In this document: positions 36,868-46,152 of the stretch, piece by piece
How positions within the stretch are numbered: the stretch's first letter is position 1
Layout of the letters: each line of letters starts with the position of its first letter
Assembly (NCBI GenBank): GCA_040901965.1
Contig: JBBDYB010000012.1
Span: 50,087-114,086, forward strand
DNA: 64,000 nt
Reading direction: 5' to 3'
Origin: Gemmatimonadales bacterium
GTDB lineage: Bacteria; Gemmatimonadota; Gemmatimonadetes; Gemmatimonadales; GWC2-71-9
Program-made: the position numbers and the translations under genes
Notes under the pieces: generated by a model
The model's database searches: none
The model's input: only the letters and a program-made list of their open reading frames with translations
Told to the model about the DNA's origin: nothing

Positions 36868-39528
36868 CTACGGCTGGCCGGCGACCTTGATCGGCACGTT
36901 GGTGCTCGTGGTCGTGCCGTCGCCGAGCTCCGCGAAGGCGTTGTAACCCCAACAGTACGCGGTCCCGGTCGTGGCGAGGGCGCAGGTATGGTCGGTGCCT
37001 GGCACGACCGCGGAGAACGTGAGCCCACCAGTCACCGCCATGGGGATCGACGTAGAGATGTAGGAGCCATCGCCGAGCTGACCGTACCGGTTATACCCCC
37101 AGCAGTACGCTGCCCCGGTCGTGGCGACGCCGCAGGTGTGCCACCGCCCGCCCGCCAGCGCGAGGAACCCGAGCCCACCGCTCACGGCCGCAGGGGTGAG
37201 CCGGTCGGTGGCGGTGCCGTCGCCTAGCTGACCGTCCGCGTTCCACCCCCAGCAGTACGCCGCCCCGCCGGTGGTCACACCACACGTATGAGTCCCGCCG
37301 GCGCTCACAGCAGCGAACGTCAGCTCACCGCTCACAGCCACGGGCATGGCGCTGGACGTGGTCGTGCCGTTGCCGAGCTGACCGCTGCCGTTGTCACCCC
37401 AGCAGTACGCTGCCCCACTAATCGTGAGGCCGCAGCTGTGCGTCCTGCCGGTACTCACTGACGAAAGGGTCAGGCCGCCCGCCACGAGCACGGGGACGGT
37501 GCTACAGGCCAGGACCGATGGGGTCCCGCCGCGTGTGGAACACGATTCCGGACCTGTCGTCACCCCGACGCCGAGCTGGCCCTCGTAGTTACGCCCCCAG
37601 CAATACGCCGCTCCGCTCGTGGTGACGCCGCAGGTGTGCGCATCTCCGGTGCTCACCACAGCGAACGCCAGCCCGCCTGTCACGGCCGCCGGGACCCGGC
37701 TGTCGTCGGGCGAGTCGATGCCGATGCCAAGCCGGCCGTAAAGGTTGTCCCCCCAGCAGTAGGCCGCTCCGCTGGTCGTGACGCCGCACGTATGAAAGAA
37801 AGTGGCGCTGAGCACGGAGAAGGTGACCCCGCCGGTGACGGCTACGGGGATCAGACGGGAGAACTCCGAGCCGTCGCCGAGCTGCCCATCCTGGTTCCAC
37901 CCCCAGCAGTAGGCTGCCCCGCTTGTGGTGATGCCGCAGCTGTGAAAAGACCCGGCGGTCATTGACCCCAGCTTGAGGACCACCCCCGTGATGGCCGCGG
38001 TATCGCTCACTTCCTCGCTGGTCGCTATCACGGCCGCGGTGCCTGCGCCGACGGCCGTCACCAGCCCGCTCACGCTCACCGTTACCGCCGCGGTGTTGTC
38101 GCTCGTCCAGGTGATCGGGCGCCCGAGGAGTATCCTGCCGTTGGCATCCCGGACGGTCGCTGACAGTTGCCTCGTGTACCGCAGCAGCACGCTCGCCGAT
38201 CCCGGGGCGACCGTCACCGACGCGACCGGCACCGCCGCGGTGACCGTCACGGAGGCGGTGCCGCTCGCCGTCCCGGTGGTGGCGGTGATCGTGGCGCTGC
38301 CCTGGCTCACGCCGGTCACCGCCGCGAGTCCCACCCTACCGTCTCCGGGGTCGTACGGCGCGACGGTCGCAACCGTCGGGGCGCTGCTGCTCCAGGTCAA
38401 CGACGGGTACCGGATCAACCGTCCCCGCGCATCCCGAACGGTCGCCGACAGGATGATCGTGTCGCCCCCGGCCCCGACGCTGGCTGGCGTCGGCGAGAGC
38501 ACCACGGACGCCGGAGTCCCTGTCGTGACGACGACCCGTGCGAACCCCGTCAACCCGTTGAGCGTCGCCGTAACGATGTAAAAGCCGGGCGCCAGCGCCG
38601 TGACCAGCCCGGTCGAGGAGACCGTGAGGGCGCTCGAATCGTTCGAGGACCACGCGAGGGGCTGCGTTATCAGCATGTTGCCCGCGGCGTCCCGCACCGT
38701 GGCCGTCATCTGGTACGTCGCCCCCTCGGTGATGGACACCGTGTCGGGCGACAGCATGATCGATGCGGCCGGGCCGGTCGAGGATTGCCCCGTCGTGAAC
38801 TCTACCGTGACGCCCGCTTCGAGGGCGTCGCCCTCGAGGTCCCGCACCGCCGCGGTCACGACCAGCCGGTAGTCGGTGTTCGGGTCGAGGGGCGCGGCAG
38901 GGATGAACGCGGCGGCCGCCCCGCTCCCCTGGAGCAGGCGCACTGCGCCCGCGACCGCAGTCGTGCCGCGGAACAGTTGCACCGACGAGCTCGTGAGCGT
39001 GCCGCCGTCGACCGGCTCACTGAAGACGATGACCAGCGCGGCGTTGAGCGGGACATCAGTCTTCCTGCGCGGAGGATTGGTCCGGACCACGATCGGCGGT
39101 CGGGCAGCAGTCACCACGACGCGCTCTTGGTACAGCGTGCCGCCGCCGGCGTCCGTCACAACGACCTCAATGGAGTCCCCTGTCTGCGCTTCGACCGGTA
39201 CCGGATCGAACCCGCCGTCCAGCACCGCGGTGGTGAGCGCCACGGTGTCGCCGATCCGGCGAATGGCCGCGCGGCTGCCCGTGGGGACGGTGCCGGGTAG
39301 TAGCGACACGTACACCACTTCGTCCTCCGCGCTGCTCGCCAGCGCAAGCGACGCCCCTGTGCTTGCGACGAGGCTGCCGGTCGGTACGGGATCCGAAACG
39401 ATCAAGCCTTCGACCGCGCACTCGGAGCACGGACCGCCGGGACTGTCGGAGCACCCGCCGAGCCATCCCAGCGTGCTCAAGAGCGCGAGGGCGATCGCTT
39501 GCGCGCAGCGGGACCGGCGAGTCGACAT
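36868..39528 (-). CDS. lipoprotein: Ig-like (Big_5/Big_2) domains + 7-bladed RCC1-like beta-propeller
   Basis: 886 aa with the lipobox GWLGGCSDSPGGP. The central region has Big_2-like segments (e.g. VVLSPTPASVGAGGDTIILSATVRDARGRLI..LTWSSS). The C-terminal part has seven H-x-C-G-x-T-x(2)-G-x-A-Y-C-W-G-x-N-x(2)-G-Q-L-G-D-G repeats. Confidence 0.88.
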   Translation of the reverse strand: MSTRRSRCAQAIALALLSTLGWLGGCSDSPGGPCSECAVEGLIVSDPVPTGSLVASTGASLALASSAEDEVVYVSLLPGTVPTGSRAAIRRIGDTVALTTAVLDGGFDPVPVEAQTGDSIEVVVTDAGGGTLYQERVVVTAARPPIVVRTNPPRRKTDVPLNAALVIVFSEPVDGGTLTSSSVQLFRGTTAVAGAVRLLQGSGAAAAFIPAAPLDPNTDYRLVVTAAVRDLEGDALEAGVTVEFTTGQSSTGPAASIMLSPDTVSITEGATYQMTATVRDAAGNMLITQPLAWSSNDSSALTVSSTGLVTALAPGFYIVTATLNGLTGFARVVVTTGTPASVVLSPTPASVGAGGDTIILSATVRDARGRLIRYPSLTWSSSAPTVATVAPYDPGDGRVGLAAVTGVSQGSATITATTGTASGTASVTVTAAVPVASVTVAPGSASVLLRYTRQLSATVRDANGRILLGRPITWTSDNTAAVTVSVSGLVTAVGAGTAAVIATSEEVSDTAAITGVVLKLGSMTAGSFHSCGITTSGAAYCWGWNQDGQLGDGSEFSRLIPVAVTGGVTFSVLSATFFHTCGVTTSGAAYCWGDNLYGRLGIGIDSPDDSRVPAAVTGGLAFAVVSTGDAHTCGVTTSGAAYCWGRNYEGQLGVGVTTGPESCSTRGGTPSVLACSTVPVLVAGGLTLSSVSTGRTHSCGLTISGAAYCWGDNGSGQLGNGTTTSSAMPVAVSGELTFAAVSAGGTHTCGVTTGGAAYCWGWNADGQLGDGTATDRLTPAAVSGGLGFLALAGGRWHTCGVATTGAAYCWGYNRYGQLGDGSYISTSIPMAVTGGLTFSAVVPGTDHTCALATTGTAYCWGYNAFAELGDGTTTSTNVPIKVAGQP

Positions 39529-39532
39529 GGCG

Positions 39533-42115
39533 TTAAGGCTGCCCCACGACCTTCACCGGTACGTTGCTGTTGGTCGTCGTGCCACTACCGAGCTGGCCGG
39601 AGGCGTTCCAGCCCCAGCAGTAGGCCGCCCCGGCGCTCGTGACCCCGCAGGTGTGACCGTAGCTTGTGACGAGGCCGCTGAAGCCTAAGCCCCCGGAGAC
39701 GGGGACCGGCGTGGAGCTCCTCGTGGTCGAAGCGTTGCCGAGCTGGCCGTAGTCGTTCCAGCCCCAGCAGTACGCCGTCCCGGCGCTCGTGCGCCCGCAC
39801 GTGTGGCCGCGGCTCATGCCCGTGGCGAGGGCGCTGAAGCTCAGGCCCCCCGAGACGGCGACCGGCGTTGCGCTGTTCGTGGTCGAGCCGTCGCCGAGCT
39901 GGCCGTGGTCGTTGGGGCCCCAGCAGTAGGCAGCTCCAACACCAGTGAGCCCGCAGGCGTGCCAGCCGCCGGCGGCGATGTCGTTGAAGTTGAGCCCACC
40001 GGTCACGGCCACGGGAACGGTGCTGCAGGAAACGCTTACGCCGTCGGGACGACAGGTCTCGGGACCTGTCGCTGTGCCGACCCCGAGTTCGGCATCCTCG
40101 TTCCGCCCCCAGCAATAGACTGCCCCGGCGCTGGTCAGCCCGCAGGTGAACCCCCCGCCCGCGGCGAGGGCGCGGAAAATGAAGCTCCCCGACACAGCCA
40201 CCGGAATGGAGCTATTCGTAGTCGAGCCGTTACCGAGCGCGCCGAGGCCGTTCCAGCCCCAGCAGTAGACCGCCCCGGCGCTGGTCAGCCCGCAGCTGTG
40301 ATACAAGCCTGCGGCGAGGGCGCTGAAGCTCACGCCCCCGGCCACGGCCACTGGAACTGGGCTGGAGGTCGTCGAGACGTCGCCGAGCTGCCCCTGCCCG
40401 TTGTAGCCCCAACAGTAGGCTGCGCCGGCGGAGGTGAGACCGCAGGCGTGAGCTTCGCCCGTGGCGAGAGCGCTGAAGCTGAAGCCCCCGGAGACGGCGA
40501 CCGGCCCGCCGTAAATGGCGCCCCAGCAGTAGGCTGCCCCGCTCGTGGTGAGACCGCATGTGTACCCCCGTCCGGCGCTCACTGACCCGAAGGTGATCCT
40601 CCCCACCGTGATGACCGCGGTATCGCTCCTGCTCTCGCTCGTCGCGATCACCGACACTGACCCGGTGCCCACTCCCATCACGAGCCCGTTCGCGTCCACC
40701 GTCGCCACGGCTCCATTGCCACTCGTCCACGAAATCGGGCGACCGACGAGCAGCGTGCCGTTCGCATCGCGGGTCGTGGCGGATAGGTGCGTGGTTCCGT
40801 CTACCACAATGGCTGCCGACTCGGGGCTCACGGTCACGAACGCGACCGGCGGAGGCGCGCCAAGGCCGACGACTTGCACCGGCTCGCTGCTGTTGATCGT
40901 CGTGCCGTTGCCGAGTTGGCCGTAACGATTGTCTCCCCAGCAGTACGTCGTGCCGCCCTGTGTCACGCCGCAGGTAGTCTGTCCACCCGCGCTCAGGGCC
41001 GCGAACCTGAGCCCGCCCGCGACGGGTACGGGCCTCGTGCTGCACGGCGTCTGCTGATAGCATGCTTCCTTCTCCGGTCCATTGGCGTCCCCGGTACCGA
41101 GCTGACCGTCTGAGTTGGATCCCCAGCAGTACGCCGCCCCGTTTGTGGTGAGACCGCAGCTGTGCCCGGCGCTGGTCACGGAGGAGAATGTGAGGCCACC
41201 GATCACGGCAACTGGAACCAAACTGGACGTAGTGGAGCCGTCCCCGAGCCCACCCGCACCATTCGGCCCCCAGCAGTACGCGGCGCCGCTGCCGGTCACG
41301 CCGCAGCGATTGCTGAGGCTCGTAAACGTGAGCCCGCCTGCGACGGCGACAGGGACCGAGCTGTAGCTGGCGGTCGAGCCGGTGCCGAGCAGCCCGGATT
41401 CGTTGTCGCCCCAACAGTAGGCGGTCCCGCTCGTGGTGAGACCACAGGTATGAAAGAGGCCAGCGGTCACCGCGGCGAAGCTGAGCCCGCCCGCGACCGC
41501 CACGGGCACGGTGCGGACGGGCCAACCGTTTTGGACCTCGTCGCCGCTGGTGGTGCCATCACCCAGTTGGCCGAAGCGATTATTCCCCCAGCAGTAGACT
41601 GCTCCGCTCGCGGTGAGACCGCACGCGTGACCGGGGCCGAAACCGTCGCCGATGGTCACAGCGTAGAACTGGTGCCCACCGCGCACGGCTGCGGGGGCCG
41701 AACTGGACGACGACGCCTCCAGAGACCCCCAGCAGTACGGTGCCGCCGTTGTGGTGAGACCGCAGCTCACAAAATTCCCGGCGGTCACCGCGGAGAACGT
41801 GAGCCCACCGGTCACGGCCACGGGGACCGAGCTGGAGGCGGTCGACCCGTCGCCGAGCGGACCCAAACCCCAGCAGTACACCTTGCCGCTCGCGGTCAGG
41901 CTGCAGGTCTTGAGGCCGCCGGCGCTCACTGACAGGAAGGAGCTCGTCGGCTCTGGCGGGATGATCGGGCCGCCGGGGGAATCGCTCGAGCAGCCGCCGA
42001 GCCACCCTACTGCGCTCAACACCCCGAGGGCGATCCCCGCTCGCACGAATCCCGTCGCGTATGGCACGGCCCCGTGATACGGACGGGCCTGGCCCGGCTG
42101 CTCAGGGTGATTCAT
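39533..42115 (-). CDS. lipoprotein: two 7-bladed RCC1-like beta-propellers separated by a Big_2 domain
   Basis: 860 aa with the lipobox GWLGGCSSDSPGGP. There are 14 YCWG-containing RCC1-like blades arranged 7 + 7. The central Big_2-like segment is VTVSPESAAIVVDGTTHLSATTRDANGTLLVGRPISWTS. The ATG overlaps the CHAT gene stop (ATGA). Confidence 0.88.
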   Translation of the reverse strand: MNHPEQPGQARPYHGAVPYATGFVRAGIALGVLSAVGWLGGCSSDSPGGPIIPPEPTSSFLSVSAGGLKTCSLTASGKVYCWGLGPLGDGSTASSSVPVAVTGGLTFSAVTAGNFVSCGLTTTAAPYCWGSLEASSSSSAPAAVRGGHQFYAVTIGDGFGPGHACGLTASGAVYCWGNNRFGQLGDGTTSGDEVQNGWPVRTVPVAVAGGLSFAAVTAGLFHTCGLTTSGTAYCWGDNESGLLGTGSTASYSSVPVAVAGGLTFTSLSNRCGVTGSGAAYCWGPNGAGGLGDGSTTSSLVPVAVIGGLTFSSVTSAGHSCGLTTNGAAYCWGSNSDGQLGTGDANGPEKEACYQQTPCSTRPVPVAGGLRFAALSAGGQTTCGVTQGGTTYCWGDNRYGQLGNGTTINSSEPVQVVGLGAPPPVAFVTVSPESAAIVVDGTTHLSATTRDANGTLLVGRPISWTSGNGAVATVDANGLVMGVGTGSVSVIATSESRSDTAVITVGRITFGSVSAGRGYTCGLTTSGAAYCWGAIYGGPVAVSGGFSFSALATGEAHACGLTSAGAAYCWGYNGQGQLGDVSTTSSPVPVAVAGGVSFSALAAGLYHSCGLTSAGAVYCWGWNGLGALGNGSTTNSSIPVAVSGSFIFRALAAGGGFTCGLTSAGAVYCWGRNEDAELGVGTATGPETCRPDGVSVSCSTVPVAVTGGLNFNDIAAGGWHACGLTGVGAAYCWGPNDHGQLGDGSTTNSATPVAVSGGLSFSALATGMSRGHTCGRTSAGTAYCWGWNDYGQLGNASTTRSSTPVPVSGGLGFSGLVTSYGHTCGVTSAGAAYCWGWNASGQLGSGTTTNSNVPVKVVGQP

Positions 42116-45100
42116 CTACCGCTCACGAGAGTGAACCCCGCCCAGAAGAACGGGTGCGCCGTCCGCGGATCGCGCGCCGCCGCCCGCTGCGCTTGGGCGA
42201 GCGCCTCCGCCTCCGGCCGTCCAGCGGCGAGCTCCGTGTAAAACCGCTCCATGAACCGCGCCGTCGCCAGATCCTGAACGGGCCACAACGTCGCGAGCAC
42301 GTTGGACGCACCCGCGAAGAGGAACGCCTGCGCGAGCCCGACCCAGTCGTCACCCGCGGGCACGTCAGCGAGCGCCCCCGCGGCAAGACCCGTCTGACAC
42401 GCGCTCAACACCAGGAGCCGCGCGTTGAGCGTCAGCCCGAACACCTCGTGTACTTCGAGCCGCCCATCCTCCCCGCCACCCGCGGCAAGCTCGACGAAGG
42501 AAAACAGCGGGTTGTGCTTGTTCAGAACGCCATAGCTGGCGAGGTGGATAATGCTCTGCTCGGGCGCGAGCGCGCGGAACTCACGCTCCGTCGCAGTGGG
42601 GCCGGTGAGAACCCGCGCGCGGGCGCCGTGAAGCCGGCCGATGGCGGCGACCTCTGCCTGGGAGCCTGGCAGCGCTGCGGCACGGGGAGCGAGCGCCAGC
42701 ACGCCGCCCCCGACGGGCCGCGCCGGCCGGCCACGCAACCGCAGCCATACCGATGCCGATGGCACGTACTGGATCACATAGCGCTCGATGAGGAGCCGTT
42801 CCGGCGGTCCCGGCCGCACGAGCGCCGCGAAAGGGAGGTAGTGGAGCTCGACGTGGGGGGCAATCAGCAGGCGCCGCTTGCCGGCCAGGAGACCGCTCGC
42901 TTCCACCGGCGCGACCAAATGCCCGAACAACCGACGCAGCGGTGCGCGCCACGCTTGTCGCGCGGCTCCCTCCGTAGGGCTGCCCAGCGTGCCACGCGAA
43001 AAATCTACGAGCCCCGCGATCGTACTGCGTGGAACGTTGAGATCCAGCGCCGCAATGCTGTCCGCGGTGACGACGAAGACGATCGTTGTCGAGTCGCCGA
43101 GGAGGTACTCGAGGAGCGCTTCGTCAGGCGCGAGCGCGCGCATCACGTCGCGTACCGGCGCGATCTCGCCGCGCACGAAGGCAGAGTACGAGGGATTCGC
43201 CTCGCGCATCTCCACGAGCAGCTCGCTGTACGCATCTTGGGTGCGGGCGAGGGCTTCACGGGTCGCAGCGGCCGCCGTCCCGGCGAGCCCCGGGCCGCGC
43301 AGCTCCCCCCCCGAGTCGGCGTCGCCTGGAGTCTCGAGCTGTCGGGTCAGCTCCGTGATCCGCCGGCGGAGATCCTGTTCGCGGCCCGTTACCCCTCGAC
43401 TCGCCTCGCTACCTGGCGCGACGCGTCCGCGGGCCAGTAAATCGAGCATCTGCCTCGCGCGCAGCCGCTCGCTCGCCTCGAACGCTGCTCTCGGCTGTCC
43501 GAGCGCTCGCTGGATCAGCGCGAGCTCGATGTACACCTCCCACTTGTCGGCAAGAAACGCCGCCCGGCGCTCTTCGACCGTCAGGCCGGCGGATACGCTC
43601 TCGATCTCTTGAATGGCCGAGTTGAGTTCTGCGGCCGCCTCCGCGAGCGCCCCTCTGCTCCGCAAGGCGCCCGCGAGCCCAGCATGGAGCTGCCAGGCGA
43701 TGTCCGGCGCGGGACGCGCGCCCAGCCGCGCGAGCCCGCGTTGGTACAGGGACTCCGCGGTGAGCGGCAGACCAGCCTGGGTCTCGAGATCGCCCAGCGC
43801 GCCGAGCGCGGCGGCCTCACCTCCCGCGTCGCCGAGCGCGCGCAGCGTGTCGCGGGCTTGAGTGAGCACGCGGCGTGCTCCTGCGGTGTCGCCGCTGGAC
43901 CGCTCGGCGTGGGCGATAAGCAAACGGGTCAGGGCTGACGCACGCCGGTCGCGGGATGCGCGGTGCGCCTGGAGCGCGAGCTCGAAGGCGGCCTGTGCCC
44001 GCGGGTAGCTCTCGCGCATCAGCAGGACGAGTCCCAATCCTTGCTGCGCCGCCGCGCGCGTCTCGTCCTCTCCGGCGCGACGGGCGAGCCGCGCGGCCCG
44101 CGCGTAGTGCCGCTCCGCTTCCGGCAGCCGATTGAACTGCACCGCGAGGTCGGCTCGGCCCAGCGCGAGACCGGCACTTCGCTCTGCGCCCGCGAGCGCC
44201 TCTGCCCGTTGCAACTGGTGCCGCGCTCCTTGCAAGTCGCCGATCGCGGCGCGCGCGGTCGCAAGATCGCTCCGCACGGCGATCTCCTCGGCGGCCGGAC
44301 CAGTTTGCCGATAGATGCCTACAGCCTCCGTCAACGAGGCGACGGCCGAGGGATAATCACCCCGGCGCATGGCGAGGAGGCCGAGGTTGTGGAGCACCGA
44401 TGCCGCGTCGGCTCGATTCCCGCGCTCCCGATAGATCGCGAGCGCCTCGCGATACCGTGCTGCGGCTTCCGCGTAATCGCTCTCGACGCTCGCGATGTTG
44501 CCCAGGTTGACCAGGTTCGCAGCGGCCGGCTCGGCCCGGCCCGCCGCGCGGTTCGCCGCCAGCGCCGCCTCGTAGGCGCGGCGCGCGCCCGCGAAGTCGC
44601 CCAGCTCTTCGGCGACGAGGCCGAGGTTGTTCCGGTCGGATTCCAGGCCGCGGGCGTCCCCGGTTCGCTGCCGCAGCGCGCTGGCTTGCGCGTACAGCTC
44701 GCTCGCCCCCCGCAGGTCGCCCCGGTCCTTCGCTACGCTGCCTAACGAACCCACGGCGTTTCCCGCTGTGCGATAGTCGCCGATTCGCTCCGCGAGGTCA
44801 CGTGATCGGACGAGATACGCCGCCGCGCTATCGTACTCCTGCGCCATATAGAATCCGGCGCCGAGGTTGCCAAGCGCGGCCGCGATCCCGGCGGTGTCAT
44901 CGCGCGCCTCGAAGCGCCGCAGGCTCTCGCGCCATGTCCGCATCGCCGTGTCGATCCCACGCGTTCCCAGCGCCGCGTTACCGGCGCGACGCACACTGTC
45001 GGCCGCAACCTTCGCGAGCTGGTCAGCCGGAGACAGCGACCGAAACCGCGTCACCTGTCGCACGAAGAACGAGTCACGCCAGGCGACGGCGTAGGCGCCG

Positions 45101-45318
45101 GCGAGGCGCTCCGCGGCAGCCAGGGACGCGCCGGCCGCAGCGTCAGCGAGAAGGTGTCGGAGGGCTTCACGCGTCTCGTCTGGCCATTGGCGCGTCCGCT
45201 CAACGAGTACCGAGTCCGAGCCGTCTCGGACCAGGGTACGCAGCTCGGCGACGTTCTGCACTGACTGCGTCATACTGGCGGCGAGAGCCAGGCACCGAAT
45301 TGCAAGCGCGCCGATCAT
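42112..45318 (-). CDS. TPR-repeat CHAT-domain (caspase-like) protease, probably exported
   Basis: A long TPR array (repeated ..A..Y..AL.I....GD..G.A..L.NLG..) fills the N-terminal two-thirds. The C-terminal CHAT domain has a His context (IIHLASYGV) and a Cys context (LLVLSACQTG), and ends FFWAGFTLVSGR. ATG 45318 gives MIGALAIRCLALAAS and overlaps the anti-sigma stop (ATGA). GTG 45375 would add RLRSRDLPHRRWRT, a basic n-region. Confidence 0.88.
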   Translation of the reverse strand: MIGALAIRCLALAASMTQSVQNVAELRTLVRDGSDSVLVERTRQWPDETREALRHLLADAAAGASLAAAERLAGAYAVAWRDSFFVRQVTRFRSLSPADQLAKVAADSVRRAGNAALGTRGIDTAMRTWRESLRRFEARDDTAGIAAALGNLGAGFYMAQEYDSAAAYLVRSRDLAERIGDYRTAGNAVGSLGSVAKDRGDLRGASELYAQASALRQRTGDARGLESDRNNLGLVAEELGDFAGARRAYEAALAANRAAGRAEPAAANLVNLGNIASVESDYAEAAARYREALAIYRERGNRADAASVLHNLGLLAMRRGDYPSAVASLTEAVGIYRQTGPAAEEIAVRSDLATARAAIGDLQGARHQLQRAEALAGAERSAGLALGRADLAVQFNRLPEAERHYARAARLARRAGEDETRAAAQQGLGLVLLMRESYPRAQAAFELALQAHRASRDRRASALTRLLIAHAERSSGDTAGARRVLTQARDTLRALGDAGGEAAALGALGDLETQAGLPLTAESLYQRGLARLGARPAPDIAWQLHAGLAGALRSRGALAEAAAELNSAIQEIESVSAGLTVEERRAAFLADKWEVYIELALIQRALGQPRAAFEASERLRARQMLDLLARGRVAPGSEASRGVTGREQDLRRRITELTRQLETPGDADSGGELRGPGLAGTAAAATREALARTQDAYSELLVEMREANPSYSAFVRGEIAPVRDVMRALAPDEALLEYLLGDSTTIVFVVTADSIAALDLNVPRSTIAGLVDFSRGTLGSPTEGAARQAWRAPLRRLFGHLVAPVEASGLLAGKRRLLIAPHVELHYLPFAALVRPGPPERLLIERYVIQYVPSASVWLRLRGRPARPVGGGVLALAPRAAALPGSQAEVAAIGRLHGARARVLTGPTATEREFRALAPEQSIIHLASYGVLNKHNPLFSFVELAAGGGEDGRLEVHEVFGLTLNARLLVLSACQTGLAAGALADVPAGDDWVGLAQAFLFAGASNVLATLWPVQDLATARFMERFYTELAAGRPEAEALAQAQRAAARDPRTAHPFFWAGFTLVSGR

Positions 45319-46106
45319 GGTCCGCCACCGACGATGCGGAAGGTCGCGAGATCGGAGGCGGCCCAGCGCATCCACACAGCCTGCGCCTCAACCCGCCAGA
45401 AGTAGGGCACGCGCGGTTGGAGCCTGACCGAGTCGGGAAGGGCTGCGGACGTGTCCGCCGTCTCGACGGTCCACAGAACCGACGCCTCGCGGTCGTAGAG
45501 GCGCACCCGGTAGCGCTCAGCCCCGGGGACGCCGGACCAGACCAGTCGGTCCACGCGAGCCACTGCCGCGCCGGGCGGCGGCCTGATCGGCACGGGTGCG
45601 ATCGTACTGGTGACGGTTGGCTCCCGGAGCCCGGGTGTCGGGCCGTCGTCGCGGCCACGCGGAAGAACCAGCAAGACAAGGGCGGCCGCTGCGGCGAGGC
45701 CCAGCGGGATCGACCAGCGGCGCCACCGCCGTGCGGGGGCGGAGGGAGCCGCTGCCTCCGCAACGAAGCGAGCGGTTGCCTTCACGAGAGAGCGGCAGCG
45801 AGCGCAGATCAACAGATGGGTGACGACGGAAGCTCGCTGACCTGCGTTCAGGCGTCCGTCGACGAAATCGGCAAGCACGAGCTCGTCCGGGCAGCCCGGC
45901 GTCTCGATCCGGCGCTCGAGCAGCGCCGGGCCGCGCAGCAACCCGGCGGCCTGCTGTAACTCTTCGATCTCGGTCCGGCAAATCGCACAGCCATCTACGT
46001 GTTGAGCCGACGCCGCGTCTTCCGCGCCGAGCGCATAGGGCACCAGGAGTTCGGGGGCGGGGTGGGGAGAGGTCACACGCCGCATCCGCTTGATGGCTTC
46101 GAGCAT
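45315..46106 (-). CDS. membrane anti-sigma factor with two zf-HC2 (H-x3-C-x2-C) motifs
   Basis: 263 aa with HVDGCAICRTE and HLLICARCRSL. The TM helix is WSIPLGLAAAAALVLLVLP. A ~100-aa C-terminal extracytoplasmic domain follows (VWSGVPGAERYRVRLYD...FWRVEAQ). Confidence 0.8.
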   Translation of the reverse strand: MLEAIKRMRRVTSPHPAPELLVPYALGAEDAASAQHVDGCAICRTEIEELQQAAGLLRGPALLERRIETPGCPDELVLADFVDGRLNAGQRASVVTHLLICARCRSLVKATARFVAEAAAPSAPARRWRRWSIPLGLAAAAALVLLVLPRGRDDGPTPGLREPTVTSTIAPVPIRPPPGAAVARVDRLVWSGVPGAERYRVRLYDREASVLWTVETADTSAALPDSVRLQPRVPYFWRVEAQAVWMRWAASDLATFRIVGGGP

Positions 46107-46152
46107 CGCGGACGTGTTACGGACACGCGGTGCCGATCTGCTCGCCGGCGAT

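Noticed and set aside
36900-42100. Periodic recurrence of CCCCAGCAGTA(C/G)GC every ~150-170 nt, which at first glance resembles a repeat-spacer array.
   Set aside because: It is the reverse complement of the codons for A-Y-C-W-G in RCC1 blades. The period is irregular, the supposed spacers are homologous to each other, and the whole region is one continuous pair of ORFs. It is not a CRISPR array.
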